Positions 46,480-56,988 are shown, numbered from the stretch's first letter. The stretch is 64,000 nt of DNA from a virus (IMGVR_UViG_3300031993_000041:24876-88875), one strand, 5' to 3'. Notes: generated from the sequence alone by a model not told the origin. Numbers and translations are program-made.

Positions 46480-48075
46480 TTATTTTTTAACGATTCTATT
46501 GCAATAATCATATCCGAGCGTTTTCACTGCGACATCCCAGGCATCTTTCATGTCAACCTTGCAGTGTACGGCATAATCATATATGTTGTCGTCAAGCGAT
46601 TCCGGAAGGTCAAGCTCGTCAGACATATCCCTCATTACAAGGTTCTGCTCATCCTGAGGCAACACCTCGCTGAGAGCCTTTACTTTTTCGTCTGTTGTCA
46701 TCACGGGATATTTAGACTTCAGATACTCGATATTGTATCCGAGTTCGTCAAGCGTCTTACCTGTCATTTCTTTCGAGAATCCGTTTATCTGGTCTAATGT
46801 AAGCCATTCCGGTTTTTCGCTGAGAGACGACCACAATGACATCATATCCTTTATCTGCGAAAGCTCGTCGCCTGCCCAAAGATGTTGACCGTATCTTTTT
46901 CCGTTACCGAGGTAATACTCGCAGTCTTGCTGCATTCTGCTCAGAAGCATATATCTAAACTTCTCATCTTTCTTGCAGTACTCCTTCTCAAACTCATCAT
47001 TAGCAGTATTATCAGTATTATCTGCATTATCGGTATCAAGGAATTCAGAGAACATCTTAAGGTCTTCATTCTTCGTACTGCCATATTTCTGCTGCAGTCT
47101 TGGAGTTAGGAACTTAAAAATAGTAGGAGTTTCCGAATATGTAAACGTCTTGTCCTTAATCATATCTTTCAGGCTGACAGGATATGACTGTTCATTACAT
47201 CCGCCTACTTTCCAAATAGGCGCAAGAATCGTTGCGGAATTGAAATCAGGCTCGAATGAATACGCATAAAGACATGAACTTTCAAAGTCGTATGCAGCAA
47301 GCATGTCATAATCTCCGTTATTCCTGAATACTTCTTTGTCATCCCAGGCATAAAACTCGCTTTCGTCAATTTCATTCACATTGCTTATGAAACCGTTAGC
47401 TTCCCACGCTCCTGCAATTTCAGAGGCAGACTTGCCTTCAAACTGTCCTCTATTGACTTCAGACCAGCCGTCGACACTGTTTTTCAAATCCTCCATAGAA
47501 ATCGTATCATTATATGATTCTGGGATAGCGCATTTGAAAAGCTTGCTGTCCGACTTCGTAACTATTTTTAAAATAATATCTATCATGACTTCAGTATTTT
47601 TATCATTATTTATTGGTTCAGGCTTTTCCTCATAGCCATAAAGCTTACCGTCATATTCAAGGTCAGATACGATTACAGCGTCTGATATATCAAATTCCTT
47701 TATGTCTGGATTCTTTGAACGTGCATACAGTTTCTTTACAGCCTCAAGGCTTGCAAGCCATAAAAAGTATCTTACATCTTTGCCTGTCGCAGCCTTTATT
47801 ACTTTAAGTATATACCTTGCAATGTCTTTCGCGCTTATGACAGTATCATTCATTATTACACCTGAATCATTGTAATCACCGTTTTTGACAGCAGCTGCAA
47901 TGTCAATAAGAAATTCATTAGAACCTTTGCAATATAGATTATTAACAGTCTCAAGAATGTCTGTATTCCCATAGTCAAGAATCTCATTCTTAATTACATC
48001 AGCAGGCATCAGCCTGTCAGAAAACCGCCTGCCGTTAAAAGCATCACATCTATAAGCAGTCTTAGGATTCTTCAT
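46480..48075 (-). CDS. multidomain protein with LPD11-like domain
   Basis: FRYMLLSRMQQDCEYYLGNG.R...LWAG matches the LPD11 pattern. Confidence 0.7.
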   Translation of the reverse strand: MKNPKTAYRCDAFNGRRFSDRLMPADVIKNEILDYGNTDILETVNNLYCKGSNEFLIDIAAAVKNGDYNDSGVIMNDTVISAKDIARYILKVIKAATGKDVRYFLWLASLEAVKKLYARSKNPDIKEFDISDAVIVSDLEYDGKLYGYEEKPEPINNDKNTEVMIDIILKIVTKSDSKLFKCAIPESYNDTISMEDLKNSVDGWSEVNRGQFEGKSASEIAGAWEANGFISNVNEIDESEFYAWDDKEVFRNNGDYDMLAAYDFESSCLYAYSFEPDFNSATILAPIWKVGGCNEQSYPVSLKDMIKDKTFTYSETPTIFKFLTPRLQQKYGSTKNEDLKMFSEFLDTDNADNTDNTANDEFEKEYCKKDEKFRYMLLSRMQQDCEYYLGNGKRYGQHLWAGDELSQIKDMMSLWSSLSEKPEWLTLDQINGFSKEMTGKTLDELGYNIEYLKSKYPVMTTDEKVKALSEVLPQDEQNLVMRDMSDELDLPESLDDNIYDYAVHCKVDMKDAWDVAVKTLGYDYCNRIVKK

Positions 48076-48076
48076 C

Positions 48077-48346
48077 TTACTTACGATTTAATGTCTGAAC
48101 ATCTTTTTCAGGTATATTGAAGACGTTACGAGCCATCCTGTCGAATATCTCATAACCGAAATTACCAAGGTCGTCTATTGATAAATCGGTAATCACAAAC
48201 CGGCCGTCCCCAAATTCTTTGCCCCTGCCATACTTAAAAGTAATATTGAATTTGTCTTTTAATTCGGCAAATTTCTTATTCTTATATTCAGTCTGGTAAT
48301 CATCTTTACCTTCTGAAAATGCTTTGAATGTCTTCAAGTTTTCCAT
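48077..48346 (-). CDS. hypothetical protein, N-terminal MENLKTFKAFSEG
   Basis: 89-aa ORF. Confidence 0.7.
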   Translation of the reverse strand: MENLKTFKAFSEGKDDYQTEYKNKKFAELKDKFNITFKYGRGKEFGDGRFVITDLSIDDLGNFGYEIFDRMARNVFNIPEKDVQTLNRK

Positions 48347-48348
48347 AT

Positions 48349-49143
48349 CTATTTAATGTTTAGTTTTTCAAAAATCACACCTGTCTCACGGTCGCAATAC
48401 GCGAAGTATTCACTGTTATATGCAACGCAGACTTCTTCGTCGTCATCCCAACCGATTCCCTCATTCAAATTGAGGCTATTGACTTTATCAGTAAATTCCT
48501 GCTTATTGATGTCGCCTATGTAATTGAATCTGTTCGTATTATTCTGCTGCACCCTTACGAGATACTTCGATGTTTCAAGTGAAATTCTCCTCTCAGGTAT
48601 CACTTCGAATTGCACGCCTGTAATCTTGTAAGCCTCTATCCATTTCAAGACACATTTGTTCGCGTAAGCCCACGTCAGGTCAAATGCCTTGAACAGATTA
48701 ACGATATTGTCATACAGCTCTTTCTTAAATTGCTCTTTCTTGCTTGTAACCTTGTCGTTTCTTGTCTCAGCACTGAACATATCCTTAGCCCACTGCATAT
48801 CCGGTGGAAGCTGTCTGTCTAATTCCGCGATTACATAGTCAATATTGATAGATGACTCATCAGGGAACCGTATCTCGAAAGTATTTTCATCATAGCCGCT
48901 ATGAGAATACTTTTTCCATTTCAGGCATGTGACATACATTTCAACAGACGAACCGTTTCCACCGAATGACACGGTAACTCCATATATGTCATTACCTGAC
49001 ACTTTCTTCTTCTCAACTCGAAAGCCTTTAATGTTGTTATACTTGCTTGCAAACTGCAATTCTCGAAAACTCCCGTATAGTTCGCTTGTCTTATCTACAA
49101 GCGACTCATTAAAGAACTCGCTGAATTCCTTCAAATTTTCCAT
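48349..49143 (-). CDS. hypothetical protein, N-terminal MENLKEFSEFFNES
   Basis: 264-aa ORF. Confidence 0.75.
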   Translation of the reverse strand: MENLKEFSEFFNESLVDKTSELYGSFRELQFASKYNNIKGFRVEKKKVSGNDIYGVTVSFGGNGSSVEMYVTCLKWKKYSHSGYDENTFEIRFPDESSINIDYVIAELDRQLPPDMQWAKDMFSAETRNDKVTSKKEQFKKELYDNIVNLFKAFDLTWAYANKCVLKWIEAYKITGVQFEVIPERRISLETSKYLVRVQQNNTNRFNYIGDINKQEFTDKVNSLNLNEGIGWDDDEEVCVAYNSEYFAYCDRETGVIFEKLNIK

Positions 49144-49149
49144 AGTCGG

Positions 49150-49485
49150 TTACGCTGTAGCTATTTTGAACCTGTCAGGGAATATCACTGACCTACATCC
49201 TATAAACTTATGGTTTTCCCAGTTGCCTGTCCTGACAGACGCCTTGAATTCCTTAGATGTATAAACTGTTCCATATACAAGCTCGTTGTCGCTCAGACAC
49301 TCGCATATATGGATATAATCGTTTTTCTTTCGTTCACGGTTGTATTCAACCTGATATGCGCGGTAAAGATACATATCCTTCACGCTTCTTATCCTGAACA
49401 TTTTGATTGTTTTCAGAACAGTCTCATTTTGCTTCTTCTTGCAAAAGCTGTTCTTTACTCCGGTAAATAAATCTAAGAATCCCAT
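49150..49485 (-). CDS. hypothetical protein
   Basis: 111-aa ORF, TATAAATA at 49523-49530 upstream. Confidence 0.7.
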   Translation of the reverse strand: MGFLDLFTGVKNSFCKKKQNETVLKTIKMFRIRSVKDMYLYRAYQVEYNRERKKNDYIHICECLSDNELVYGTVYTSKEFKASVRTGNWENHKFIGCRSVIFPDRFKIATA

Positions 49486-49595
49486 TATGTTTAATAAATT
49501 TAGTTTGCAAACAACACCTTTATATTTATAAATTCTTTGAAATCATTCTGTTCCGTTTTTCATAAATATAAAAAAACAACATAAATTGTAAAAAC

Positions 49596-51401
49596 ATGAG
49601 AACTCCTCATATTCAGGCCCTAAAGCAACAGGGCGGGACTTTGTACACATTCGCAGAGGCGAATGAAGACTTGACAAACTTAATAATAGATTCGAGCAGG
49701 ACTTTCTCGTTCTCAAAATTCGTATGCCTTAACCTGCCTGACCTTATGTATGTCAGCGGTGACAGTCCGAGGGTCGACCTCAGCAGATACAAGGGCTATG
49801 ACCAGCCATATACTGCTGAAGGTGTTTCCGAAAAATTTAGAAGGAACTTGCAGAACTATATCCTCAATTTCGAGACATATATTATTAACGAAAACAACAG
49901 GCGTCGAGAATCAGGGGAAGCTCTGATAGACCCTGTCGCAGAATCTTCATTCTTCAACTGGCTGCAGGAAGTCGGAGCGATAAAATTCAGAAAGCTTACA
50001 GACGATGACAAGTATACGGCAGACGGCGTCATTAAAGAAGGTGAGGACTATTACGCAGAAGAAGACGGTAGCAACACTGATACAGATGATATTCCTAATA
50101 ACGGCAAAATCGTAAAATACATAGGCAGCATAGACATCCTTAACAGGAACGAAGTCAGCGGCTACGCATATACGCAGATATACTTGCATATCCCTTCTGA
50201 AGCAGGCAGTACGCCAAAGATTATTTTCAGGTCGAATACCGGGGGCAACTTCGATGTCATAACGGACCCTGATATGACAAGTCCTGGAAACATTATAGGT
50301 ACGAAGTCAGACGACGAGCAATACCTTGCATATTATGATGAAGAAGGAACAGGCGAAGAAGACGGCAGATACAAGGCTGACGTGCTTTACGGTATCGACT
50401 TCCTTGAAGAGCATTACTACGACATCGTCAATACTGCAGGCATAAATGACTTCACAAGCTATAATATGTCCGCTGACGCTCAAAGCTTTGAATTCAATAC
50501 TGTCTTATTATATTATGATTTACTTGACAGGTCGACAGGATTAACTGAAACGAAACTTTATGGCATCTTGTTCCTTGACAACATCTCATTTACAGGTGTT
50601 GTTACGGACGATGATGCTCAACAGGAATCGCTCGAAGGAGTGACTGCAGGTTTCATACAAAGGTATCCTAAGTACAAATCGTCACAAGACCCTGACTATA
50701 TCAACGGCAACTCATACGCTTTGAAAGTGGAATTGCGTGTTGATACAGGCGGACTGACTGGAGACACTTATTCAATATCAGACGAATCGCAGCTTACTGG
50801 CTTGAACATGTTCACTGACGCAATGCGTGAAATGAAGAAAAATACGAATATGTTCACGGACCTTCTCAGGAAATACGACAGTATGGAAAAGGTCATAAGC
50901 CAGATGTCAAGTATCATTCTCGCTCTGACTGATGAGAACGCAGCATTAAAACGTGCGATTGCGTCTACAAGCAATTCCATAAAATCTTATGTCGCAGGTG
51001 ACGGCATAGACATCACGGAAGAATCTGAAGACATTGAGAGAGTTTCTGTAAAAGGTCCTGCAGTTCAGACTCTTTATGTCACGGCAGCTGACAGTACTGG
51101 AGGCGAAGAGACGGTGGTAAAAAATATGAACTCTTGGCAGAATACAGTATATGTTGTAACGACAATACCAGATGGTTTAGGCAATTCTTATGTCATATTC
51201 GAATTTGACCAAGGTTCATTTAAGAACGGTAGAAGCTATACATTCTATTTCAGGAATTCTGATAACGTGTCGGTATCGCCCGCAAACATCGTGCTCAAAT
51301 ACGACGGCTTCGATTTCGGTAATATGATTAGTTTCGGAAAAGATTCGTTCACGCTTACCATAATTGATATTGAAACCGGTAAATACGTTATATCGATGTA
51401 G
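49596..51401 (+). CDS. putative virion structural protein
   Basis: 601 aa, coiled coil then YVAGDGIDIT and beta-rich tail; ATAAATA upstream. Confidence 0.55.
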   Translation: MRTPHIQALKQQGGTLYTFAEANEDLTNLIIDSSRTFSFSKFVCLNLPDLMYVSGDSPRVDLSRYKGYDQPYTAEGVSEKFRRNLQNYILNFETYIINENNRRRESGEALIDPVAESSFFNWLQEVGAIKFRKLTDDDKYTADGVIKEGEDYYAEEDGSNTDTDDIPNNGKIVKYIGSIDILNRNEVSGYAYTQIYLHIPSEAGSTPKIIFRSNTGGNFDVITDPDMTSPGNIIGTKSDDEQYLAYYDEEGTGEEDGRYKADVLYGIDFLEEHYYDIVNTAGINDFTSYNMSADAQSFEFNTVLLYYDLLDRSTGLTETKLYGILFLDNISFTGVVTDDDAQQESLEGVTAGFIQRYPKYKSSQDPDYINGNSYALKVELRVDTGGLTGDTYSISDESQLTGLNMFTDAMREMKKNTNMFTDLLRKYDSMEKVISQMSSIILALTDENAALKRAIASTSNSIKSYVAGDGIDITEESEDIERVSVKGPAVQTLYVTAADSTGGEETVVKNMNSWQNTVYVVTTIPDGLGNSYVIFEFDQGSFKNGRSYTFYFRNSDNVSVSPANIVLKYDGFDFGNMISFGKDSFTLTIIDIETGKYVISM

Positions 51402-51403
51402 AA

Positions 51404-51919
51404 TCAGGAGTGCTTTTTCACGAGCACTCCTTTTATTTTCCCTATCTTCTTGTTATACATCTTATCAGACAGGATGTCTATCCTCTTTTCGAATCTTTTG
51501 TTCATGAGGTCATGAACAACCCATTCGCCTGATATGTACTCATTGTCGCTTACGATTACGACAGTATCACCGAACTCGCAGAATGTTCCGATGAGGTCGC
51601 GTGATACAGCTATCCACCTGATTTTGCGGTCTTTAAGTAAGTTCGTATCTATGTATGACATATCTGCGGTATGTAAAGGGTCGGCATTACACTGTTCCTT
51701 TACAGGATTATAGACAGTGACTGTCACATACATATCCTCCTGAGGCTTCTCATAATAGCTTTCGTACATATATACATTACGTATATTCGACAAATCTACC
51801 GTTATAACGGTTATGAACGTGGCAAGAAAAAGCAACCTGCGATACCTTTGGCGTATCGTCATCTTGTTAAGAACATTTATGTACCGCTTGTATATCCTTA
51901 TCTTGGTGCTACGTTTCAT
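51404..51919 (-). CDS. 3D-domain (RlpA-like) protein with N-terminal membrane anchor
   Basis: VTVTVYNP..EQC...TAD, WIAVSRDL, GDTV, VHDLMNKRF..RIDIL. Confidence 0.75.
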   Translation of the reverse strand: MKRSTKIRIYKRYINVLNKMTIRQRYRRLLFLATFITVITVDLSNIRNVYMYESYYEKPQEDMYVTVTVYNPVKEQCNADPLHTADMSYIDTNLLKDRKIRWIAVSRDLIGTFCEFGDTVVIVSDNEYISGEWVVHDLMNKRFEKRIDILSDKMYNKKIGKIKGVLVKKHS

Positions 51920-51966
51920 CAGAAAACATAAATATGTATATAATAAACAACAAGTTATTTATAGTT

Positions 51967-53400
51967 ATGGGAAAATTTTTAGAAAACAATTACGCAGATT
52001 TACTTAACGAAAGTAAAAAGAATAAGAATCTGCCTTCCATAGTTTTATTGTCAACAACAGGCCTCAGCAAGAAAGACAGCCATAATTCCGTACAGAGATT
52101 TATGGAACAAGCAGAGGCACAAGGTTTTCAGATATATGCGATAAACCCTACAAAGGGAGCTTTAAGAAAAACAGAAAACGGAAAATATATTCTGCAGGAC
52201 AACATCACAACTGCTGAAGTTCTTCTTGAGAATACCGTCATAATTCCAAGGCGTACGGTCCTTAAGAATGACGAATCAAAAAGTTTCCTAAAGAAACTCG
52301 AAGACAAAGGCTTCTTTATAATGAACACCCTCGACGCCTTCGAGAAATGCGAGAACAAATACAGTACGTACCTCGCCCTTGAAAAAGACAATGTAAGCAC
52401 TCCGAAAACTGAGATAATCAACTCGGATACGATGTACAAGCTTGAAGAGAAAGTAAACGCGGTATCAGGCGGAACTTTCCCGGTAATCTGTAAAATCCTT
52501 AATGGTACTCAGGGTATCGGTGTATTCATTATAGATTCTATGGAAAGTTTGAAGTCAACTCTCCCAGCTATGTTCGCCCTCGCTCCTAATTCATCCGTGC
52601 TTATACAGCAGAAGATAAACTCAGACGGCGATTTGAGGATACACGTGCTTTATGACAGCTTTAATAAGGTTACGAAAAACAAAGACAAATATATAATCAT
52701 AGGCGCAATGAAGCGTAATATGATTAAAGACGACTTCAGAAGCAACTTCTCGCTTGGTGGCACTGTTGAAAAAGTAACTCTGACAGATGAGCAGATAGAC
52801 CTTGCAAAACAGGCTGCGATAGCTACCGGATGCAGATGGTGCGGAGTTGACATCATAACAGACCAGAATATGGGCAAGTCGTATGTCATAGAAGTCAATT
52901 CGTCTCCAGGCACTAAGGGAATATCGACTGTCGCTGATGTCGATATAGTACAAGTCCTGCTTGACAAATTTCGTAATTTCGAGTATTTCAGGAATTACAA
53001 GAATATCATAGGAAAATATGAGTCTGGTACTGTTTCATTCAAATGCGAATCCATGAGCGGCAGCGTAAGCGCAGACATCGCCATCAAGTTCGACAATACC
53101 TATAAGAATAATGTCATACTAAGCGATTCGATAAACGTATCGAATAACGTCGTTCAATTCAAGCTTGACGGAACATTATACACGTCAGACGTATATGCGA
53201 GCAGGAATGGTTCTCCGATAATCAAGGCATCATTGAACTTCAATGACAATACATATAAATCTGTATATTTTGAAGTGACATATTCTGAAAAAGACAAAGG
53301 ACTCGTTCTCGGTGAGGAATTCCTTGACGGATATTCGAAAGATTGCCATATCTCAGAAGAATCGTGGATACTTACTGATAAGCCTGAGAACTTGCAATAA
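51967..53400 (+). CDS. RimK-like ATP-grasp ligase with degenerate retropepsin-like C-terminal domain
   Basis: KILNGTQGIGV, GDLRIHV, GVDII...IEVNSSPG; KFDNT in place of DTG; probable start MGKF at 51967. Confidence 0.85.
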   Translation: MGKFLENNYADLLNESKKNKNLPSIVLLSTTGLSKKDSHNSVQRFMEQAEAQGFQIYAINPTKGALRKTENGKYILQDNITTAEVLLENTVIIPRRTVLKNDESKSFLKKLEDKGFFIMNTLDAFEKCENKYSTYLALEKDNVSTPKTEIINSDTMYKLEEKVNAVSGGTFPVICKILNGTQGIGVFIIDSMESLKSTLPAMFALAPNSSVLIQQKINSDGDLRIHVLYDSFNKVTKNKDKYIIIGAMKRNMIKDDFRSNFSLGGTVEKVTLTDEQIDLAKQAAIATGCRWCGVDIITDQNMGKSYVIEVNSSPGTKGISTVADVDIVQVLLDKFRNFEYFRNYKNIIGKYESGTVSFKCESMSGSVSADIAIKFDNTYKNNVILSDSINVSNNVVQFKLDGTLYTSDVYASRNGSPIIKASLNFNDNTYKSVYFEVTYSEKDKGLVLGEEFLDGYSKDCHISEESWILTDKPENLQ

Positions 53401-53424
53401 ATATAGTAAAGAATTTCCCGGGAT

Positions 53425-56400
53425 ATGCCTATTGACGTAAAAACTCTCAGTGACAGCATATCGATAGCGCTTGAGAACAGCGGTATCGCGCAATCGCTTA
53501 AAGATGTAAGTTTAAGCGCGGCTGAGATTTCACGTAAGCTGAACGTAAAAGGTTCAAAGCTACCGTCACTCCCGAATGTCTCCGTAAAGAAGCCTGCCAT
53601 AGAAGCTATGGGAGTCTTCGATGCGATGAAACTCCAAAAGAATCTTGACAAACTTGGAAAAATAGAATTCAAAGGCAAGATAGGCAAGTCATCAATTAAC
53701 GACCTGCAGAACATTGCCAAATTTATGGATACCTTGAATTCGTTCAGTACGTTTTCAGGCGCAACCAATAAAGGCATAGATAATTTCATAAAGTCGGTGA
53801 ATCATCTTATGAAGAAAATCGGCAAAATGAAATTTGACAAAGACATGCTTAAAGAATTCAATAAATTCTTCTTTGACGCGAATAAAACAAATCCAGGTCT
53901 TGTTACCATTATGGAAAGGCTCGGAGACGACAAGCTTAAGAAGACGAGTGTATCCATAAATGCCTTCGTCGATTCCCTTGACAACCTCTTGAAGAAATTT
54001 ATAAAATTCGGCATAACCGGTAAACTTGCAATATCAGGTATTGAATACGTAAATAAATTCTTCTCGGATGAGAGGGGATTTAACGAAGTCCTTAAGAATG
54101 TGCCTAAGGAGAAAGATGTCAAGAAAGCGTATGAATCCGTATCTGAATCGATACCTCTTGCAAAAGCCTTGATGAAACTTTCAGGCATTTCAATAATTGC
54201 AGGTCTTGCTGCCATTGTCGCAGTACCTGGTATGATGGCAGTGAACCTTTTCGTGAAAGGCCTTCAGAAAGTCATCACATCTATAATGAAGATAGACCCA
54301 ACTGGCAAGAAGCTTACAAAAACAAGAAATGTCTTGCATGACGTAAGGCATGTTGTAAACGGGCTGTCAATAATGCTTATAGAAGTGGCTGCAGTAACAC
54401 CGTTCGCCTTAGTTGCGACTGTAGGAGCGCTTGTGGGAGCTCTCGCATTGCAATCCGTAAGGCTTATGGTATTCTCGCTTGATAAAATAAAAATTAAGAA
54501 GAATACTAAAAAGAAAGCAGTCGAATTGGCGGCACTTATGTCTTCTATAGGAATAACGTTTGCAGCTGCGACTATTGCAGGCCTTCTTGCCATACCGGCA
54601 GCCGTTGGTCTTCTTGCAATATCAGGAGCAGTATTGCTCATGGGTGGCTTGTTTACGATTATAAACAAGATAAAGACACACGTAATTAAAGGTGCTGCAG
54701 TTGTAGGTGTTATGGGTCTTGCAATGTTTGGTCTCGCGTATGCCTTCAATGTCATTTCGAATACTGATATTAAATGGAAGAATATCGGTGAGCTTACTCT
54801 TGCAACAGCGTCAGTTGCAGGAGTTCTGACACTTGCCGGACTTGCCATACTGCCTATCGGACTTGGTGCGATTACTGTTGGAGCTATGGGTCTCGGACTT
54901 ATGGCATTTGCAACATCGCTCAGAATGATAAGCGTGCTTGACTGCGATTACAAGAAGGTGTCTGACAATATAGCAGGCGGACTTTCAAGTATCATGGGAG
55001 CGTTCAAAGAAGTTGGCGTACTTCAAGGTATAGCAACGGCAATAGTCGGCTCGACGCTTATACCTATGTCGCTTGGACTTATAACTTTCGCTCTTTCAAT
55101 GTCGGTATGGAATGCAATGGGAAGTATGCCTGTATATGAGCAAGACGGCGTAGACGAACACGGAATGCCTAAATTAAAGAAAACAGGCGACTTTGATTTC
55201 GACCCGCAAAATATAGCAACGAATATAGGAGAAACATTAAAGGCGATTTCTGAGCCGTTCGCCGGCGGACCTTTGACTTTCATACAAAATGTCTTGTCAT
55301 CAGTGGTAGGCACGACGCTTATACCAATGTCTATCGGCCTTATAACATTTGCAGCTGCTATTGCAGTATGGGGAAGTCTGGAGAATATGCAGATGTACAC
55401 TTATGACGGTGTTGATGAGAAAGGTAATCCAATAATAAAGAAAGAAGGCGGAGTATTTAACCTTGACCCTGTAAAAATAGCGGAAAATATAGGAAAGACA
55501 CTTAACTGTCTTACAAGTGCTTTCGCCGGTGAAAGTTCTGGAGAAGGCTTCTGGGCAGGAGTTAAGGATTTCTTCGGCTCTGTAGGAACCGTCGCTAAAA
55601 ATGTTGCTTCAAGCGTTGTAGGCACGACGCTTATACCTATGTCTCTCGGACTTCTTTCGTTCGCTGCAGCAATTGCAGTATGGGGCAACTTACAGAATAT
55701 GACCGTATATGAATACGGCGAAGTCGATGAGCATGGAGTACCTAAGTTGAAAGATACAGGTAAAACCGTAAACCTCAGCCCTGAGAAAGTTGCGACCCAT
55801 ATCACAAATACCCTTTCTATTATAACATCTCAAATTGACTGGAGCAAATTCGATAAAGACGGTAAAGAAGCAATAGAAGTTCTTTCATCGTCAATGTATC
55901 CTTTAAGCAACGGCTTGATATATTTCGCGAAAGCAATCGCTTCTTGGGGAAAACTTGAAAGACTTCAGGTATATGACGATAAAGGAGACCCTGTAGGAGA
56001 ACCGATTAAAGTAGACATTACGAAAGTCGTGACAAATATGAAGACTGTCATCAGTTCGTTGTCTGATACGATAAATGAAATGACGACAAGCGATAACTTC
56101 CTGTCTTCAATGATTTCCCTTAGCAACCTTAAAGAATTATCAATAGCATTAAGTAATTACGTATTGTCAATAAGCGCATTCGCGGCACTTGACCAGAAAG
56201 GCGAGGTACCTATTATTAACAGGGTTACAGGTACAATAGACGGTTATGTTCCTTGCGACATCGACGGTACTGTCGGAGCTATTCAGAACTTTACCAATAA
56301 ATTGTCGTTAGCATTGAATTCGATAGCGTCTGAAAGCATACTAAGTATCGGAAGCCCTAACTGGGAAGGTATGAAATCGCTTGCTGAGGTATTCTCGCCT

Positions 56401-56988
56401 GAATTCATAGAAGTTATAGGCAAAATAGACCCGAAATCATTCGGTTCATTTACAGACACTACATCACACTTCATAGATGTTATGGGTGACAACGCCCATT
56501 ATAACAGGTTCAAAAACCTTGATAAGTCTGCAAACGGTATAAAACGTCTTAGCGAACTCGGACGCAGCGTAAGCGCATTCCCTACAAATGTAGACGGACT
56601 GCCTAAAATATCTTCAATGGTTACGACAGTCGTAGAAAAGATAAACACTCTTAACATAGACAAAACAAGGGCGTTGTCTGACTTCTTCAATGCTGCTAAC
56701 GAACTCGCAAGTCCTAAAGCGAAAGTCGAAGACGGTATAGAATATATCAAGAAGCTTTGCGCCGCTATCGTAGAAGAATTGAAGAAAGGCAATACTACAT
56801 CCGCTGGTACAAACAAGGAATTAAAGGACCTTAATGATAAAGTAGACAATAAGAATAAGACGGATAAAGATTCTAAGAATTCTATACCGCCTATGTTACA
56901 AGCTCCTCAGGAACAAACTCAGGAAATCAAGATTTATCTTAACGATGTTGAGAATATGGGCAATGGCTGGCTTATTACTCCTGCGTAG
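53425..56988 (+). CDS. large tape-measure-like protein with Ala/Gly-rich hydrophobic region and internal ~90-aa repeats
   Basis: three clear VGxTLIPMSxGLxxFA..W repeats; overall helical. Confidence 0.55.
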   Translation: MPIDVKTLSDSISIALENSGIAQSLKDVSLSAAEISRKLNVKGSKLPSLPNVSVKKPAIEAMGVFDAMKLQKNLDKLGKIEFKGKIGKSSINDLQNIAKFMDTLNSFSTFSGATNKGIDNFIKSVNHLMKKIGKMKFDKDMLKEFNKFFFDANKTNPGLVTIMERLGDDKLKKTSVSINAFVDSLDNLLKKFIKFGITGKLAISGIEYVNKFFSDERGFNEVLKNVPKEKDVKKAYESVSESIPLAKALMKLSGISIIAGLAAIVAVPGMMAVNLFVKGLQKVITSIMKIDPTGKKLTKTRNVLHDVRHVVNGLSIMLIEVAAVTPFALVATVGALVGALALQSVRLMVFSLDKIKIKKNTKKKAVELAALMSSIGITFAAATIAGLLAIPAAVGLLAISGAVLLMGGLFTIINKIKTHVIKGAAVVGVMGLAMFGLAYAFNVISNTDIKWKNIGELTLATASVAGVLTLAGLAILPIGLGAITVGAMGLGLMAFATSLRMISVLDCDYKKVSDNIAGGLSSIMGAFKEVGVLQGIATAIVGSTLIPMSLGLITFALSMSVWNAMGSMPVYEQDGVDEHGMPKLKKTGDFDFDPQNIATNIGETLKAISEPFAGGPLTFIQNVLSSVVGTTLIPMSIGLITFAAAIAVWGSLENMQMYTYDGVDEKGNPIIKKEGGVFNLDPVKIAENIGKTLNCLTSAFAGESSGEGFWAGVKDFFGSVGTVAKNVASSVVGTTLIPMSLGLLSFAAAIAVWGNLQNMTVYEYGEVDEHGVPKLKDTGKTVNLSPEKVATHITNTLSIITSQIDWSKFDKDGKEAIEVLSSSMYPLSNGLIYFAKAIASWGKLERLQVYDDKGDPVGEPIKVDITKVVTNMKTVISSLSDTINEMTTSDNFLSSMISLSNLKELSIALSNYVLSISAFAALDQKGEVPIINRVTGTIDGYVPCDIDGTVGAIQNFTNKLSLALNSIASESILSIGSPNWEGMKSLAEVFSPEFIEVIGKIDPKSFGSFTDTTSHFIDVMGDNAHYNRFKNLDKSANGIKRLSELGRSVSAFPTNVDGLPKISSMVTTVVEKINTLNIDKTRALSDFFNAANELASPKAKVEDGIEYIKKLCAAIVEELKKGNTTSAGTNKELKDLNDKVDNKNKTDKDSKNSIPPMLQAPQEQTQEIKIYLNDVENMGNGWLITPA

